From an uncultured Thermoanaerobaculia bacterium (GTDB lineage Bacteria > Acidobacteriota > Thermoanaerobaculia > Multivoradales > SZUA-115), in the NCBI GenBank assembly GCA_964420075.1, contig CAYQRE010000022.1, forward strand, positions 5,825 through 69,824: a stretch of DNA of 64,000 nucleotides, written 5' to 3'. Below, one piece after another: positions 27,837-37,600 of this stretch. Position 1 is the stretch's first letter. Every line of letters begins with the position of its first letter. A program made the translations under genes and the position numbers. The notes below the pieces were generated by a model that saw only the letters and a list, made by a program, of their open reading frames with translations, had not been told where the DNA came from and made no database searches.

Positions 27837-28444
27837 GGCATCTCTCCCGCGGCCTTGGCGGCCGGCCCCTCGAGTGTGCGGAAGGCCTCGCGGAAGGCGG
27901 CCCTCGCCCGCGTCAGCAAGGACTCGGCGGCCTTCTCCGACAGCGCCAGACGGCCCGCGACCGCCGCCGTCGGCAACTCCTCCAGGTACTTCCAGCGCAG
28001 GGCCTGGGCGTAGTGGTCCGGCAGCCAGTCGAGCGCCGCGTGGACCCGCGAGGCGAGCTCGCCGCGCCGGGCATGCTGCTCCGGGCCTTCCTGCTCGCGG
28101 GCGAGCGATTCGAGGGCGGCGCGCACTTCGCCGTCGTCCTCCGAGAGCGCCACGGCGAGGCCAGGCCGCGCCGACAGCCAGGCCCAAAGCTCGTGGCGGC
28201 AGAAGGTGGTCAGCCAGGTAGCGAGGGCGGCTTCGCCGCGGTAGGAGGCGAGGCGGGTCACGGCCTTGGCGAGCGCCGCCTGGGCCGCCTCTTCGGCACC
28301 GTCCTCGTCACCGCCGAGGCGGGCGAGGGCGAAGCGGTAGAGGCGGGGGAAGTAGGTGGAGAAGAAGAGGTCGAACGCCGCTTCCTCGCCGGCCAGCAGG
28401 CGGCGCACGAGGGCGAGGTCGGCGGCGGCGGGGAGCGAGCGCAT
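27833..28444 (-). CDS. ECF (sigma-70 family) RNA polymerase sigma factor
   Basis: Region 2 (…FFSTYFPRLYRFALARLGG…) and region 4 (…YAQALRWKYLEELPTAAVAGRLALSEKAAESLLTRAR…). Confidence 0.85.
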   Translation of the reverse strand: MRSLPAAADLALVRRLLAGEEAAFDLFFSTYFPRLYRFALARLGGDEDGAEEAAQAALAKAVTRLASYRGEAALATWLTTFCRHELWAWLSARPGLAVALSEDDGEVRAALESLAREQEGPEQHARRGELASRVHAALDWLPDHYAQALRWKYLEELPTAAVAGRLALSEKAAESLLTRARAAFREAFRTLEGPAAKAAGEMP

Positions 28445-28681
28445 TCGACTCAGTGAGAGGCCGCCGGCGGCGCCATTCCTTCGCGGACCTTCCTGATGGG
28501 CCTGGTCGATGGCCTCCTGGAAGCCCGTGGAGCTGGTCTGGCCCCCTCGCGCGGCAGCGGTTTGGGCGAAGAGTAACTCCAGGCGAAGGAAGGGCCCCGG
28601 CCCCCACCTCCAACCCTACGTCGCGGCCGCCGCGCCGCCGCTCACTGCGGCGGCCGCGGCTGACCGAGAGGAGGGCGGTGA

Positions 28682-29467
28682 ATGCGCGCAGGCTTCGCTC
28701 GAGGTCTTTGCCGCGGCCGGTGCCGCTGGCGGTTCGTTCTCGCGGTGGCGAGCTGGCTGAGCGCGGCGGCCGGGCTGCTCGGCTGCAACCACGCCTCGCC
28801 CTCCGAGCCGGACGCGCCGGCCCCCGGAGCGAGCGGTTTGGCCGTCGTCTTCGTTGACGACCGCGGCCCCCTCCTGCCGCGCTTCGACGTCATCCGCCGC
28901 CAGCTGGAGGAGACCTACCGGTCGGTCGCCGCCCTGCTGCCGATCGGCGGGATCACGGTCCAGGTCGGCTCCGAGCCGGACCCGTTGGCGACGGGCTGGG
29001 GAGTGACGGGCGGCTTTCGGGGCGGCACGCTGGTCGAGCTCTCGATCCAGCCCGATCTCCCCGACGCCCAGCTGGCCGCGCAGCTGGCCTTCGTGGCGGC
29101 GCACGAGTTTCACCACGTGGCGCGCAGCCGCGGCCCGGGCTACGGCTTCGGGACGCTGCTCGAAGCGATGGTCTCCGAGGGCCTGGCGGACCATTTCGCC
29201 CTCGAGCTGCTGGGCGGCCCCGAGCCGCCGTACTTGCTGGCCTTCAGCGCGGCGCAGCTCGAGCAGTGGCTCGCCAGGGCGCGACCGCTGTTCGACTCGC
29301 GGACCTACGGCCACGACGCCTGGTTTTTTGGCACGGACCCCGAGATTCCGCGCTGGACCGGCTACGCGCTGGGCTTCGAGCTGGTCAGCGGCTACCAGGC
29401 CCGTCACGGCAACCCTTCCGCGGCGTCGCTGTGGAACACGCCGGGGGAGGACTTCCGGCCGGATTGA
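28682..29467 (+). CDS. DUF2268-like putative Zn-dependent protease, lipoprotein
   Basis: Lipobox (LLGC). HEFHH zinc-binding-like motif in …FVAAHEFHHVARS…. Confidence 0.65.
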   Translation: MRAGFARGLCRGRCRWRFVLAVASWLSAAAGLLGCNHASPSEPDAPAPGASGLAVVFVDDRGPLLPRFDVIRRQLEETYRSVAALLPIGGITVQVGSEPDPLATGWGVTGGFRGGTLVELSIQPDLPDAQLAAQLAFVAAHEFHHVARSRGPGYGFGTLLEAMVSEGLADHFALELLGGPEPPYLLAFSAAQLEQWLARARPLFDSRTYGHDAWFFGTDPEIPRWTGYALGFELVSGYQARHGNPSAASLWNTPGEDFRPD

Positions 29468-29574
29468 GGGGCCTTGGGGGCGCCCGGCCCCGGGCTTCCG
29501 CCCGGGGCTAGTGGATTCGCCTGGGTGCGGGCTCCTGTTCTATCGCCGGGCGTCGGCTCGGGGCCGGCGGGGGG

Positions 29575-29826
29575 TCAGATGCACGGGATGATCTTGACGG
29601 TGTAGTAGTCGGTGACCTGACCGGTGCAGGTCCAGGTCTGACAGCAGCCGTGGGTGCACTTCCCGACCTCGGTCGTATGGCTGGCGTCGCTGTAATAGCG
29701 GATCGTCGCGCGGTCGCACGCGGCCTGGGCCTTGGGGTTTGCCCAGACAAAGGAAACGACGAAGGCGGCCACGAATGCCACGAGGAGGGCCAGTCGATTG
29801 CGGAGGGAGGTTCGTGTCTGCTTCAT
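29575..29826 (-). CDS. small cysteine-rich secreted peptide (83 aa)
   Basis: AAGGAGA RBS. Signal peptide (LALLVAFVAAFVVSFVWANPKAQA). The roughly 55-aa mature part carries 7 Cys (CDRAT…GKCTHGCCQTWTCTGQ…IIPCI). Confidence 0.5.
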   Translation of the reverse strand: MKQTRTSLRNRLALLVAFVAAFVVSFVWANPKAQAACDRATIRYYSDASHTTEVGKCTHGCCQTWTCTGQVTDYYTVKIIPCI

Positions 29827-29891
29827 GGCGCATCTCCTTGGTTGGGTGCGGATGAGTCCACGACAATGAAGGTACTTCCCGTCTCCCAGTC

Positions 29892-30182
29892 GTGACATCG
29901 AGTCTGCCGAGCGACCTGCCCGTGGGAGGGGTTCGGAGGGAGCTTGGCCGGGATGACAGCGGCATCCTGTGGCGCACGGTTGGCCGATGGCGTGCGCCCG
30001 GGAGCAGGTTGGTCCGCGCTCGCTGGCGCGCCGACCTCGACGGCGACGGGGACTTCGACTTCCTCGTCGGCCGCTCACCGGGTGAGCTGGTCTACTTACC
30101 CTCCCACGCCCGCGAGGTCTTCGCCGATGGCTTCGAGAGCGGCGACACCTCGGCCTGGACTCTGACGGTGCCAGGCACTTAG
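29892..30182 (+). pseudogene. orphan 96-aa ORF, probable gene remnant with FG-GAP-like DxDGDGD motif and a C-terminal tail shared with the giant DUF11 protein
   Basis: GTG start, no RBS, no signal peptide. The last 20 aa (FADGFESGDTSAWTLTVP) match the C-terminus of ORF 31617..38765 at about 90 % nucleotide identity. Confidence 0.3.
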
Positions 30183-30352
30183 GGCGCCGCAGCCCGCAGC
30201 ACCCTCCTCTCCTGCCCGGGCGGGCTCGCGGTTCCGATCGCGGCCCCGCCCGGCACTCTCTGGACCCGCAATCTGGAACGGCCGGCCGCAAGCTCGGCGT
30301 ACCGAGTTCGCGCGGCGCGCATTAGGATCCACTTTGGAATAATCTTATTAGC

Positions 30353-30381
30353 TTGACAATGAATTATGGAGTCCGTAATAT
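30353..30381 (+). promoter_or_regulatory. sigma70-like promoter (TTGACA-N17-TAATAT) upstream of the secreted protein 30465..31514
   Basis: Hexamers read directly from an AT-rich island (cttgacaatgaattatggagtccgtaatat). Confidence 0.45.
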
Positions 30382-30464
30382 TGCGGCCCGATCCGTCTGA
30401 CGGTTGATCAGTCCCAGGGGCCGGTCATCGTGGCCGGTCTTCCTTGGTCAGAGGAGAGAGCGTG

Positions 30465-31514
30465 ATGAGAACGAGACTCTGGGTGGTGGGCCTGTGTGCG
30501 TTGCTGGTGGGCCTGACGGCCGTGCCGAGCCTGGCGAAGCCGGCCGGCGCCAAGCCCGATCCGTGGGCAGAGTTCCGGGCGGCCAAGGCGCTCGAGGGCT
30601 GGAGCGAGGTGGCGCCGGCGGTGCTCGAGCGTCGGTTGGGCCCGACGAAGGTGGAGCACCTGGCGCTCGGCCGCGACGGGCTGGCCTGGGTGGTGGTGGA
30701 CCTCTACGGCAAGCTGCGCACCCTCGAGAGCGAGTACGACAAGTGGCCTTCGAGCGAGCTGGCAGCGGCGATCGACGAGCTGCACGGGGTGATCGTCCGC
30801 GCCGCGCAGGAGATGCGCAGCATGCCGGAAGGCTTCGGGAGCTCTCTCACCAACGTCATCGGACCGAGCTGCAGCAGCATCTGCTACAGCGCCACGGCGG
30901 ACGCCTACCCGCTGACCAGCAGCCAGGGCGTGGGCGCCGTCGCCGCGGCCACCTTCAACAGCTCCTGCGGCTACACCGGCGAGACCTACGCCTACGCCTA
31001 CGCGCGGGCGACCAGCGGGACGACCACGACCACGATCATCCAGCAGGACCCCAAGACGGGCAGCCCGATCACCAGCTCGGCCGCGGCGACGGTGAGCGGC
31101 GGCAGCATCAGCGGGACGCCCTGCTACTCGTCCGCCAACTCCTACGCGCAGAGCAGCGCCCTGGGCATCGCCTACTCGACGAGCGACGAGAACTTCTCCT
31201 GCCCGGCGGTCCCGGCACCCACGGTGACGATCAGCGGCACGACCTACGAGTCGTTCTTCACCTTCGCGTGCCGCTCTCGCACCTGGACCTCGACGGTCAC
31301 TGGTGGCGCGAGCCCGTTTACCTACCAGTGGAAGTACGACGGCACGGTGGTCGGCAGTGGCAGCAGCTACACCCGGACGCTCTGCCCCGGGGACTACCAG
31401 TTCACGCTGACCCTGACCGTGACCGGCAGCAACAGCGTGTCTGGCGTCGACACCCATGACGTGATCGTCGAGGACTACACCGGCGGCGGCTGTTACGCCA
31501 CGATTTGCCCGTAG
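30465..31514 (+). CDS. hypothetical secreted Ser/Thr/Gly-rich protein
   Basis: RBS GAGGAGAGAG. Signal peptide (MRTRLWVVGLCALLVGLTAVPSLA). The C-terminal half is low-complexity T/S/G-rich with paired Cys residues. Confidence 0.6.
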   Translation: MRTRLWVVGLCALLVGLTAVPSLAKPAGAKPDPWAEFRAAKALEGWSEVAPAVLERRLGPTKVEHLALGRDGLAWVVVDLYGKLRTLESEYDKWPSSELAAAIDELHGVIVRAAQEMRSMPEGFGSSLTNVIGPSCSSICYSATADAYPLTSSQGVGAVAAATFNSSCGYTGETYAYAYARATSGTTTTTIIQQDPKTGSPITSSAAATVSGGSISGTPCYSSANSYAQSSALGIAYSTSDENFSCPAVPAPTVTISGTTYESFFTFACRSRTWTSTVTGGASPFTYQWKYDGTVVGSGSSYTRTLCPGDYQFTLTLTVTGSNSVSGVDTHDVIVEDYTGGGCYATICP

Positions 31515-31616
31515 CGCATCGGGCGGTACCGCGCCGAGGCGCTCGTTCCTGGGCCTCGGCGCTCTTCTCCCTGCTCGACGTTGCGCTCCCACCAGCTCTC
31601 GCGGCCCGTCCTTCCC

Positions 31617-34600
31617 TCACGGCACCGTCAGCGTCCAGCCCGAGGTGTCACCGCTCTCGAAGCCGTCGGCGAAGAGCGGCTCGGCCGGCAGGATGGTGGC
31701 GCTCGCGACATCGTCCCCGGGGTCCGGGTCGCCGGCGCCGGCCGGTGGCGAGACCTCGGCGGTGTTGACGATCGGGCCGCTCGCCGCCGCCAGCACGATG
31801 CCGCGTAGCTCGAAGACCACCGCGCCACCGACCGGCAGATCGACCAGCTGGTCGAGGTTGCCGGCGCCGGCGGCCGCGCAGCTGGCGCCAGCGCTCGCCG
31901 TACAGGTCCAGGTGGTGCTGCCGAGGACGGCCGGCAAGGTGTCGCGCACCCGGGCCCCGGTGAGGCTCGCCGGCCCGCCGTTGCTCGCCGTGACGCGGTA
32001 GGTGACCGGATCGCCGGCCAGGTAGCGGCTGCGGTCGACCGTCTTGCTCACCACGAGGTCGGCGGCGAGGAGCAGGCTGTCGGTGTCGCCGTCGCTGTTG
32101 TTGGCCGGGCTGGGGTCGGTGACGCCGGCGCCGGGAGCAACGCTCGCTGTGTTGACGAGGCTCCCGGTCGCCAGCAGATCGATCCCTGCTGTGGCCTGGA
32201 ACACCACCTGGCCGCCCGCCGGCAGGCTCACCGTCTCGCTCAGGTTTCCGCTGCCACTGGCCGCCCCGCAGCTCGCGCCGCCGCTCGCCGAGCAGGTCCA
32301 GCTGACGGCGGTGATGGCCAGCGGGAAGCTGTCGCTGACGAGAGAGCCCGGCGCGTGGCTGGGGCCGGCGTTGGTGACGGTGAGGGTGTAGACGGTCTGG
32401 CTGCCGGGAAGCGCCGTCGCCGCCCCGTCGTCCTTGGCGAGGGCGAGGTCGGCCATCGGCGTCAGGGTATCGAGGTCGGTGGCGCTGTTGTTGGCGGTCG
32501 CTGGGTCGCTGACCCCGGCCGGAGAGATCACACTCGCCGTGTTGCTGAGGGTGCCGGTGACCTCGGGATGAACCGTCGCTGTGGCGGAGTAGGTCAGCGT
32601 GCCGCCGGCGAGGAGGTTGACGGTGTCGAGGATCTGCAGCGTGCCGCTCGCGGCGCAGCTCGAGCCGGCGCTCGCCGTGCAGGTCCAGCTGACCCCGGCG
32701 AGGATGCTGGCGAAGCTGTCGGTGACAGTGGCGCCAGGGGCGTGGCTCGGCCCGAGGTTGTGGACGGTGATGGTGTAGGCGACCGTCCCACCGGGGACGG
32801 CGGTGACGCTGCCGTCGGTCTTGGTGATCGTGAGGTCGGCCTCCGGCGTCAGGGTGTCGACGTCGGTAGCGCTGTTGTTGCCGGCTACGGGGTCAGGCAC
32901 GCCGGCCGGCGGAGTGATGGTCGCCGTGTTGGTCAGCAGGCCGCTCGCCCCCGGGTCCACCGTGCCGGTGGCCGTGAAGGTGACGCTGCCGCCGGCGGTG
33001 AGCTGGACGAGTCGCGAGATCGTGCCGCTGCCGCCGCTCGTGCCGCAGCTGGCGCCGCCGGTGGCCGTGCAGGTCCAGGGCAGGCCAGCGAGGGCGGCGG
33101 GAAAGGTGTCCTCGACGAGGGCGTTCGGGGCGTCGCTCGGCCCCAGGTTGCTCGCCACGACGGTGTAAGTGATCGGCCGGCCGGGAGCGATCGTCGTCAG
33201 GCCGTCGGTCTTGGTGATCGCGAGGTCCGCCGCGACGGAAAGCAGAGTGGTGGTGCTCACCGTGTTGTTGCCGGGCTGCGGGTCGGGAGAGGGGGACGAG
33301 ACGGTCGCCTGGTTGACGACCGAGGTGCCGGTGGCGAGCGCAGAGGCGGCACGAAAGCGGGCCTGCACCACCACCGAGGAGCCGGCGGCAAGGCTGCCCA
33401 GGTCGCAAGGGAAGCCGCTCGCGCACGGGGCGGTGGCGGCGACGAAGCTGGTGCCGGCCGGGGTCGGGTCGGCGAGTGAGACGGCGGTCGCCAGGCCGGG
33501 GCCGAGGTTGCGCACCAGCAGGGTGTAGGTGAGCACCTCGCCGGCGCGCGCCGTTGCTGGCCCGCGCTTCTCGACGGCGAGGTCGGCGGCCTCGGCACCC
33601 ACGCCGGTGGTGGCCGTGGCGCTGTCGTTGCCGGCCAGGCCATCGAGCTCGTTGGCCTGCGCCGAGGCGGTGTTGGTGATCGGGTTCGGGCCGCTGTAGT
33701 TGGCGGGCACGTTGAACGTCACCCGCACGTTGACGCTCGCTCCCGGCGCCAGGCTGTCGAGGAAGCAAGGGAAGCCGCCGGCGCAGGGGGCCGTGGCGCC
33801 GGCGAAGCTGAGGCCGGGGGGCGTCGGGTCGGCGAGACGGGTGTTGGTGCTCGGCGAAGGGCCGCGGTTGGTCACCGTCAGGTCGTAGCTCACGCTCTGG
33901 CCGGCGGTGGCCGCGGCCGGCCCCCGCTTGCTGACCGCCAGGTCGGCGGCAGCGGCCACCAGGCTGGTGAGCGCCGAGGCTGAGTTGTTGGCGGTGGCCG
34001 GGTCCGCCGTCGCGGCGCTGACGCTCGCCGTGTTGACGATCAGTGACGGGCCGGCGTAGTCCGGCGGGATCGCCAGCACCACCTCGATCGTGCGGCTGGC
34101 GCCGACCGGCAGGCCGCCGAGCGAGCAATCGAAGCTCGTGGCGCAGGGCGGGCTCGCCGAGACGAAGCTGAGGCCGGCCGGGATGGTCTCGCTCAGGTGG
34201 ACGTCAGCGGCATCGTCCGGCCCCAGATTGCTTACCGTGAGGGTGTAGGTGACGGTCGAGGCGAGGGTAGCGACCGAGGGCGCCGTCTTGCTGATCGCGA
34301 GGTCGGCCGTTGCGGCGCGGTCGACGGCGGTCGCCGAGCGGGCGCTGTCGTCCGCCGGCGCGGGATCGGCGGCGTCGCTCGCGATCGCCGCCTGGTTGAC
34401 GATCGGGTCCGGCCCGGCGTAGGCCGCCGGCACGGCGTAGGTCGCCGTGAAGCTGACTGTCGCGCCGGCCGCGAGGGTGCCGAGCGAGCAGGGGAAGCCG
34501 CCACTGCAGGGTGCGTCGGCGCTCGTCAGGGTGAGGCCGGGGGGCGTCGGGTCCGTGAGGTCGACGTGAGCGTCCGATGGGCCGGCGTTGTGGACGGAGA

Positions 34601-37600
34601 AGGCGAAGGTCAGGGCACCGCCACGGGCGACCGAGCCCGGCCCCGTCTTGCCGAGCGAGAGCTGGGCGACGCGGGTGAGGGTGTCCTGGTCGGTGGCGCT
34701 GTTGTTGCCCGAGGTCGGGTCGGTGACGGCGGGGGGCGCCATCACGCTCGCCGTGTTGGCAAGCGTGCCGGTGGCGGCGGGGTCGACGGTACCGCCGAGC
34801 ACGAAGGTGAGGTGGCTGCCGGCGGGGAGGTTGGCGGCGCCGGCGATGGCGCCGCTGCCGCTCGCCGCCGGGCAGCTGGCGCCGCCGGTCGGCGTGCAGG
34901 TCCAGCTCGCGGCGAGGAGGGCTGCCGGCGGCGTGTCACTGATCGTTGCGCCCACCACGTTGCTGGGGCCGGCGTTGCTCACCGTGATCGTGTAGCTCAC
35001 GGCCTCGCCGGGCACGGTGCTGGTGCGGCCGTCCGTCTTGGTGACGGCGAGGTCGGCCAGGGGGGCGAGGCCGCTGGCGTCCGAGGCCAGGTTGTTGCCG
35101 GCCACCGGGTCCGTGGTACCGGCGGAGGGTGCCACGCTCACCTGGTTGACGACCGCCGCCGAGGCCGCCGGGTCGACGGTCGCCGTCAGCAGGTAGGTGA
35201 GGCTGCCGCCGACCGGCAGGTTGACCGTCTGGGCGATGGCGCCGCTGCCGGCGGCCGTGCAGCTGGCACCGCCCGCTGGCGTGCAGGTCCAGCTCGCGGA
35301 GAGCAGCACGGCCGGCGGCGTGTCGGTCACCGTGGCGCCGGTGGCGTGGCTCGGGCCTAGGTTGCTGACCGTGATCGTGTAGGTCACCGGCTGGCCGGGG
35401 ACCACCGTGGCGCGGCCGTCCGTCTTAGTGACGGCGAGGTCGGCCTGGCGGGAGACCGGAGTGACGGCGGTCACCGTGTCGTTCGCCGGGTTGCTGTCCG
35501 GCGTCACGGTGCTGGCGGTCGCCGTGTTGCTGATCGTCGCGCCGCCAAAGCCGGGCGGCACGGCGTAGGTCACCACCAGCTCGACGAAGCCGCTCGGCGC
35601 GAGGTCCGGCAGGCTGCAGGGAAAACCACTCATGCAAGGCGCCGAGGCGCTCAGGAAGGTGATGCCGGGCGGTGTCGGGTCGGCGAGGGAGACGCCGCGG
35701 GCCGTGCCGGCACCCTGGTTGGTCACCCGCACGGTGTAGGCGAGCTGGGTGCCGGCGACGACGGACGCCGGGCCCATCTTGGTGGTGACGAGATCGGCTG
35801 GCGGCACGACGGGGTCGGCGTCGCTGGCGCTGTCGTTGCCCGCCACCGGGTCACTGGCGCCAGCCGGGGGCGCCACCGTCGCCGTGTTGGTGAGCGTGCC
35901 GCTGGCCGCCGGGGCGACCGTCGCCTGCAGGACGTAGGTCAGTGTGCCGCCGGCGCGCAGGTTCACAGTGTCGGCGATCGAGCCGCTGCCGCTCGCCGCG
36001 CAGCTGCTGCCGGCGGAGGCGGTGCAGGCCCAGGTGGCGGCGGTCAGCGCCGGGGGCAAGGTGTCCGTCACCGTGGCGCCGGCGAGGTCGGAGGGCCCCT
36101 GGCTGGTCACCGTCAGCGTGTAGGTCAGGGCCTGCCCGGGCGACACCTCGAGGCGGCCATTGGTCTTGCTGATGCCGAGATCGGCGACGTAACCCACGTG
36201 GGTGGAGGTCGAGCTGCTGTCGTTGCCCAGCGTCGGATCGAGGACGTTGGCGAGCACCATCGCCTGGTTGACGATCGGGTTGGGGCTGACGTGATCGGGC
36301 TCGACGCCGAGGACCAGGCTCAGGGCCCGCGTGAAGCCGACGGGCAGGGTGCCGAGAAGGCAAGGAAAGCCGCTCTCGCAGGGGCTGCTCGCCGCCACGA
36401 AGACGAGGTTCGCCGGGGCCAGGTCGTCGAGGGTCACCGGCACGGCCGCCGGCCCGCGGTTGCTCACCAGCAAGGTGAAGGGCAAGGCCTCGCCGGCGGC
36501 GATCTCGGCCGGGGCGGCCTTGGTCACCGCGACGTCGGCGGCCGGCGTCAGGAGGCCGGTGAGCGCGCTGGCGCTGTTGTCCGCCGCGAAGCCTTCCGGC
36601 TGCGTGGCGACGACCGAGGTCGTGCTGGTGAGCAGGGCGGGGGCACCGCTTGCGGGCGCGACGAAGAAGGCCCGCAGCTCGCGGCGGGCGCCGGGGGCAA
36701 GGGTGCCCAGGTTGCAGGGGAAGCCCAGGCTGCAGGGCGGGTCGCCGGTGCCGGCGGCGAGCCCTGGCGGGGCCGGATCGCTGAGGGTGACGCCGGTCGC
36801 CGTCGCCGGGCCCTGGTTCTCGACGCTGATCAGGTAGGTGAGCGGGCTCGCCAGACCCACTTGTGCCGGCCCGCTCTGCTGCACGCGGAGGTCGACGGTG
36901 TCGGCGCCGAGCGGTACGCCGGTGCTGCCGGAGTTGTTGCCGGCGGCGGGGTCGGTGGCGGTGCTGCTGCTCACGCTTGCCGCGTAGACGATGGGATTGG
37001 GCCCGGCATAGCCACCGGGGATGCCGAAGGTCACCCGCAGGCTGCGCGTGCCGCCCGGGTTGAGGTCCCCGAGGCTGCAGGGGAAGCTGCCGGCGGCGCA
37101 CGGCGCGGTGGCGGCGACGAAGAACAGCCCCGGGGGCGGCGTGTGCGCCAGCTGCAGGCTGCGGGCGTCGTGGGGCCCAGCGTTGCTCACCTGCACCAGG
37201 TAGGTGACCGTCGAGCCGAGGGCTGCCGAGGGTGGCCCGCTGACGCTCACCGCGAGGTCGGCGCTCGGTGTGCCGCCGAGCGGCAGCCGGGAGCGCGCAG
37301 CGTTGTTGCCCGCTTGCGGATCGCTCGCCAGGGTCGAGACGGCGCCGAGGGTGGTGATCGGGTCTGGCCCCAAGTAGGGGGAGGGCCGGTCGAAGAAGAC
37401 GTCCAGGCTCTGCGTCGCGCCGGGGGCGAGGTCGGCGACGGGACAGTCGGTGAGCCCACCGCAGCCGGCACCCGCGCCGAGGTCGGCAGCCAGCCCGGCC
37501 GGCACGGGCACGGTTACCACCAGGCCGGTGGCGGTCGACGGCCCGGCATTGCGCACGGTGATCTGGGCGTGGAAGGGCGCCGAGGGGGGCAGCGCGTGGA

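Noticed and set aside
24160-28221. 1353-aa plus-strand ORF spanning the TonB-receptor, FecR and sigma region
   Set aside because: It overlaps three coupled minus-strand genes with clear family motifs. The product is Arg/Ala/Pro-rich without domains. Shadow ORF.
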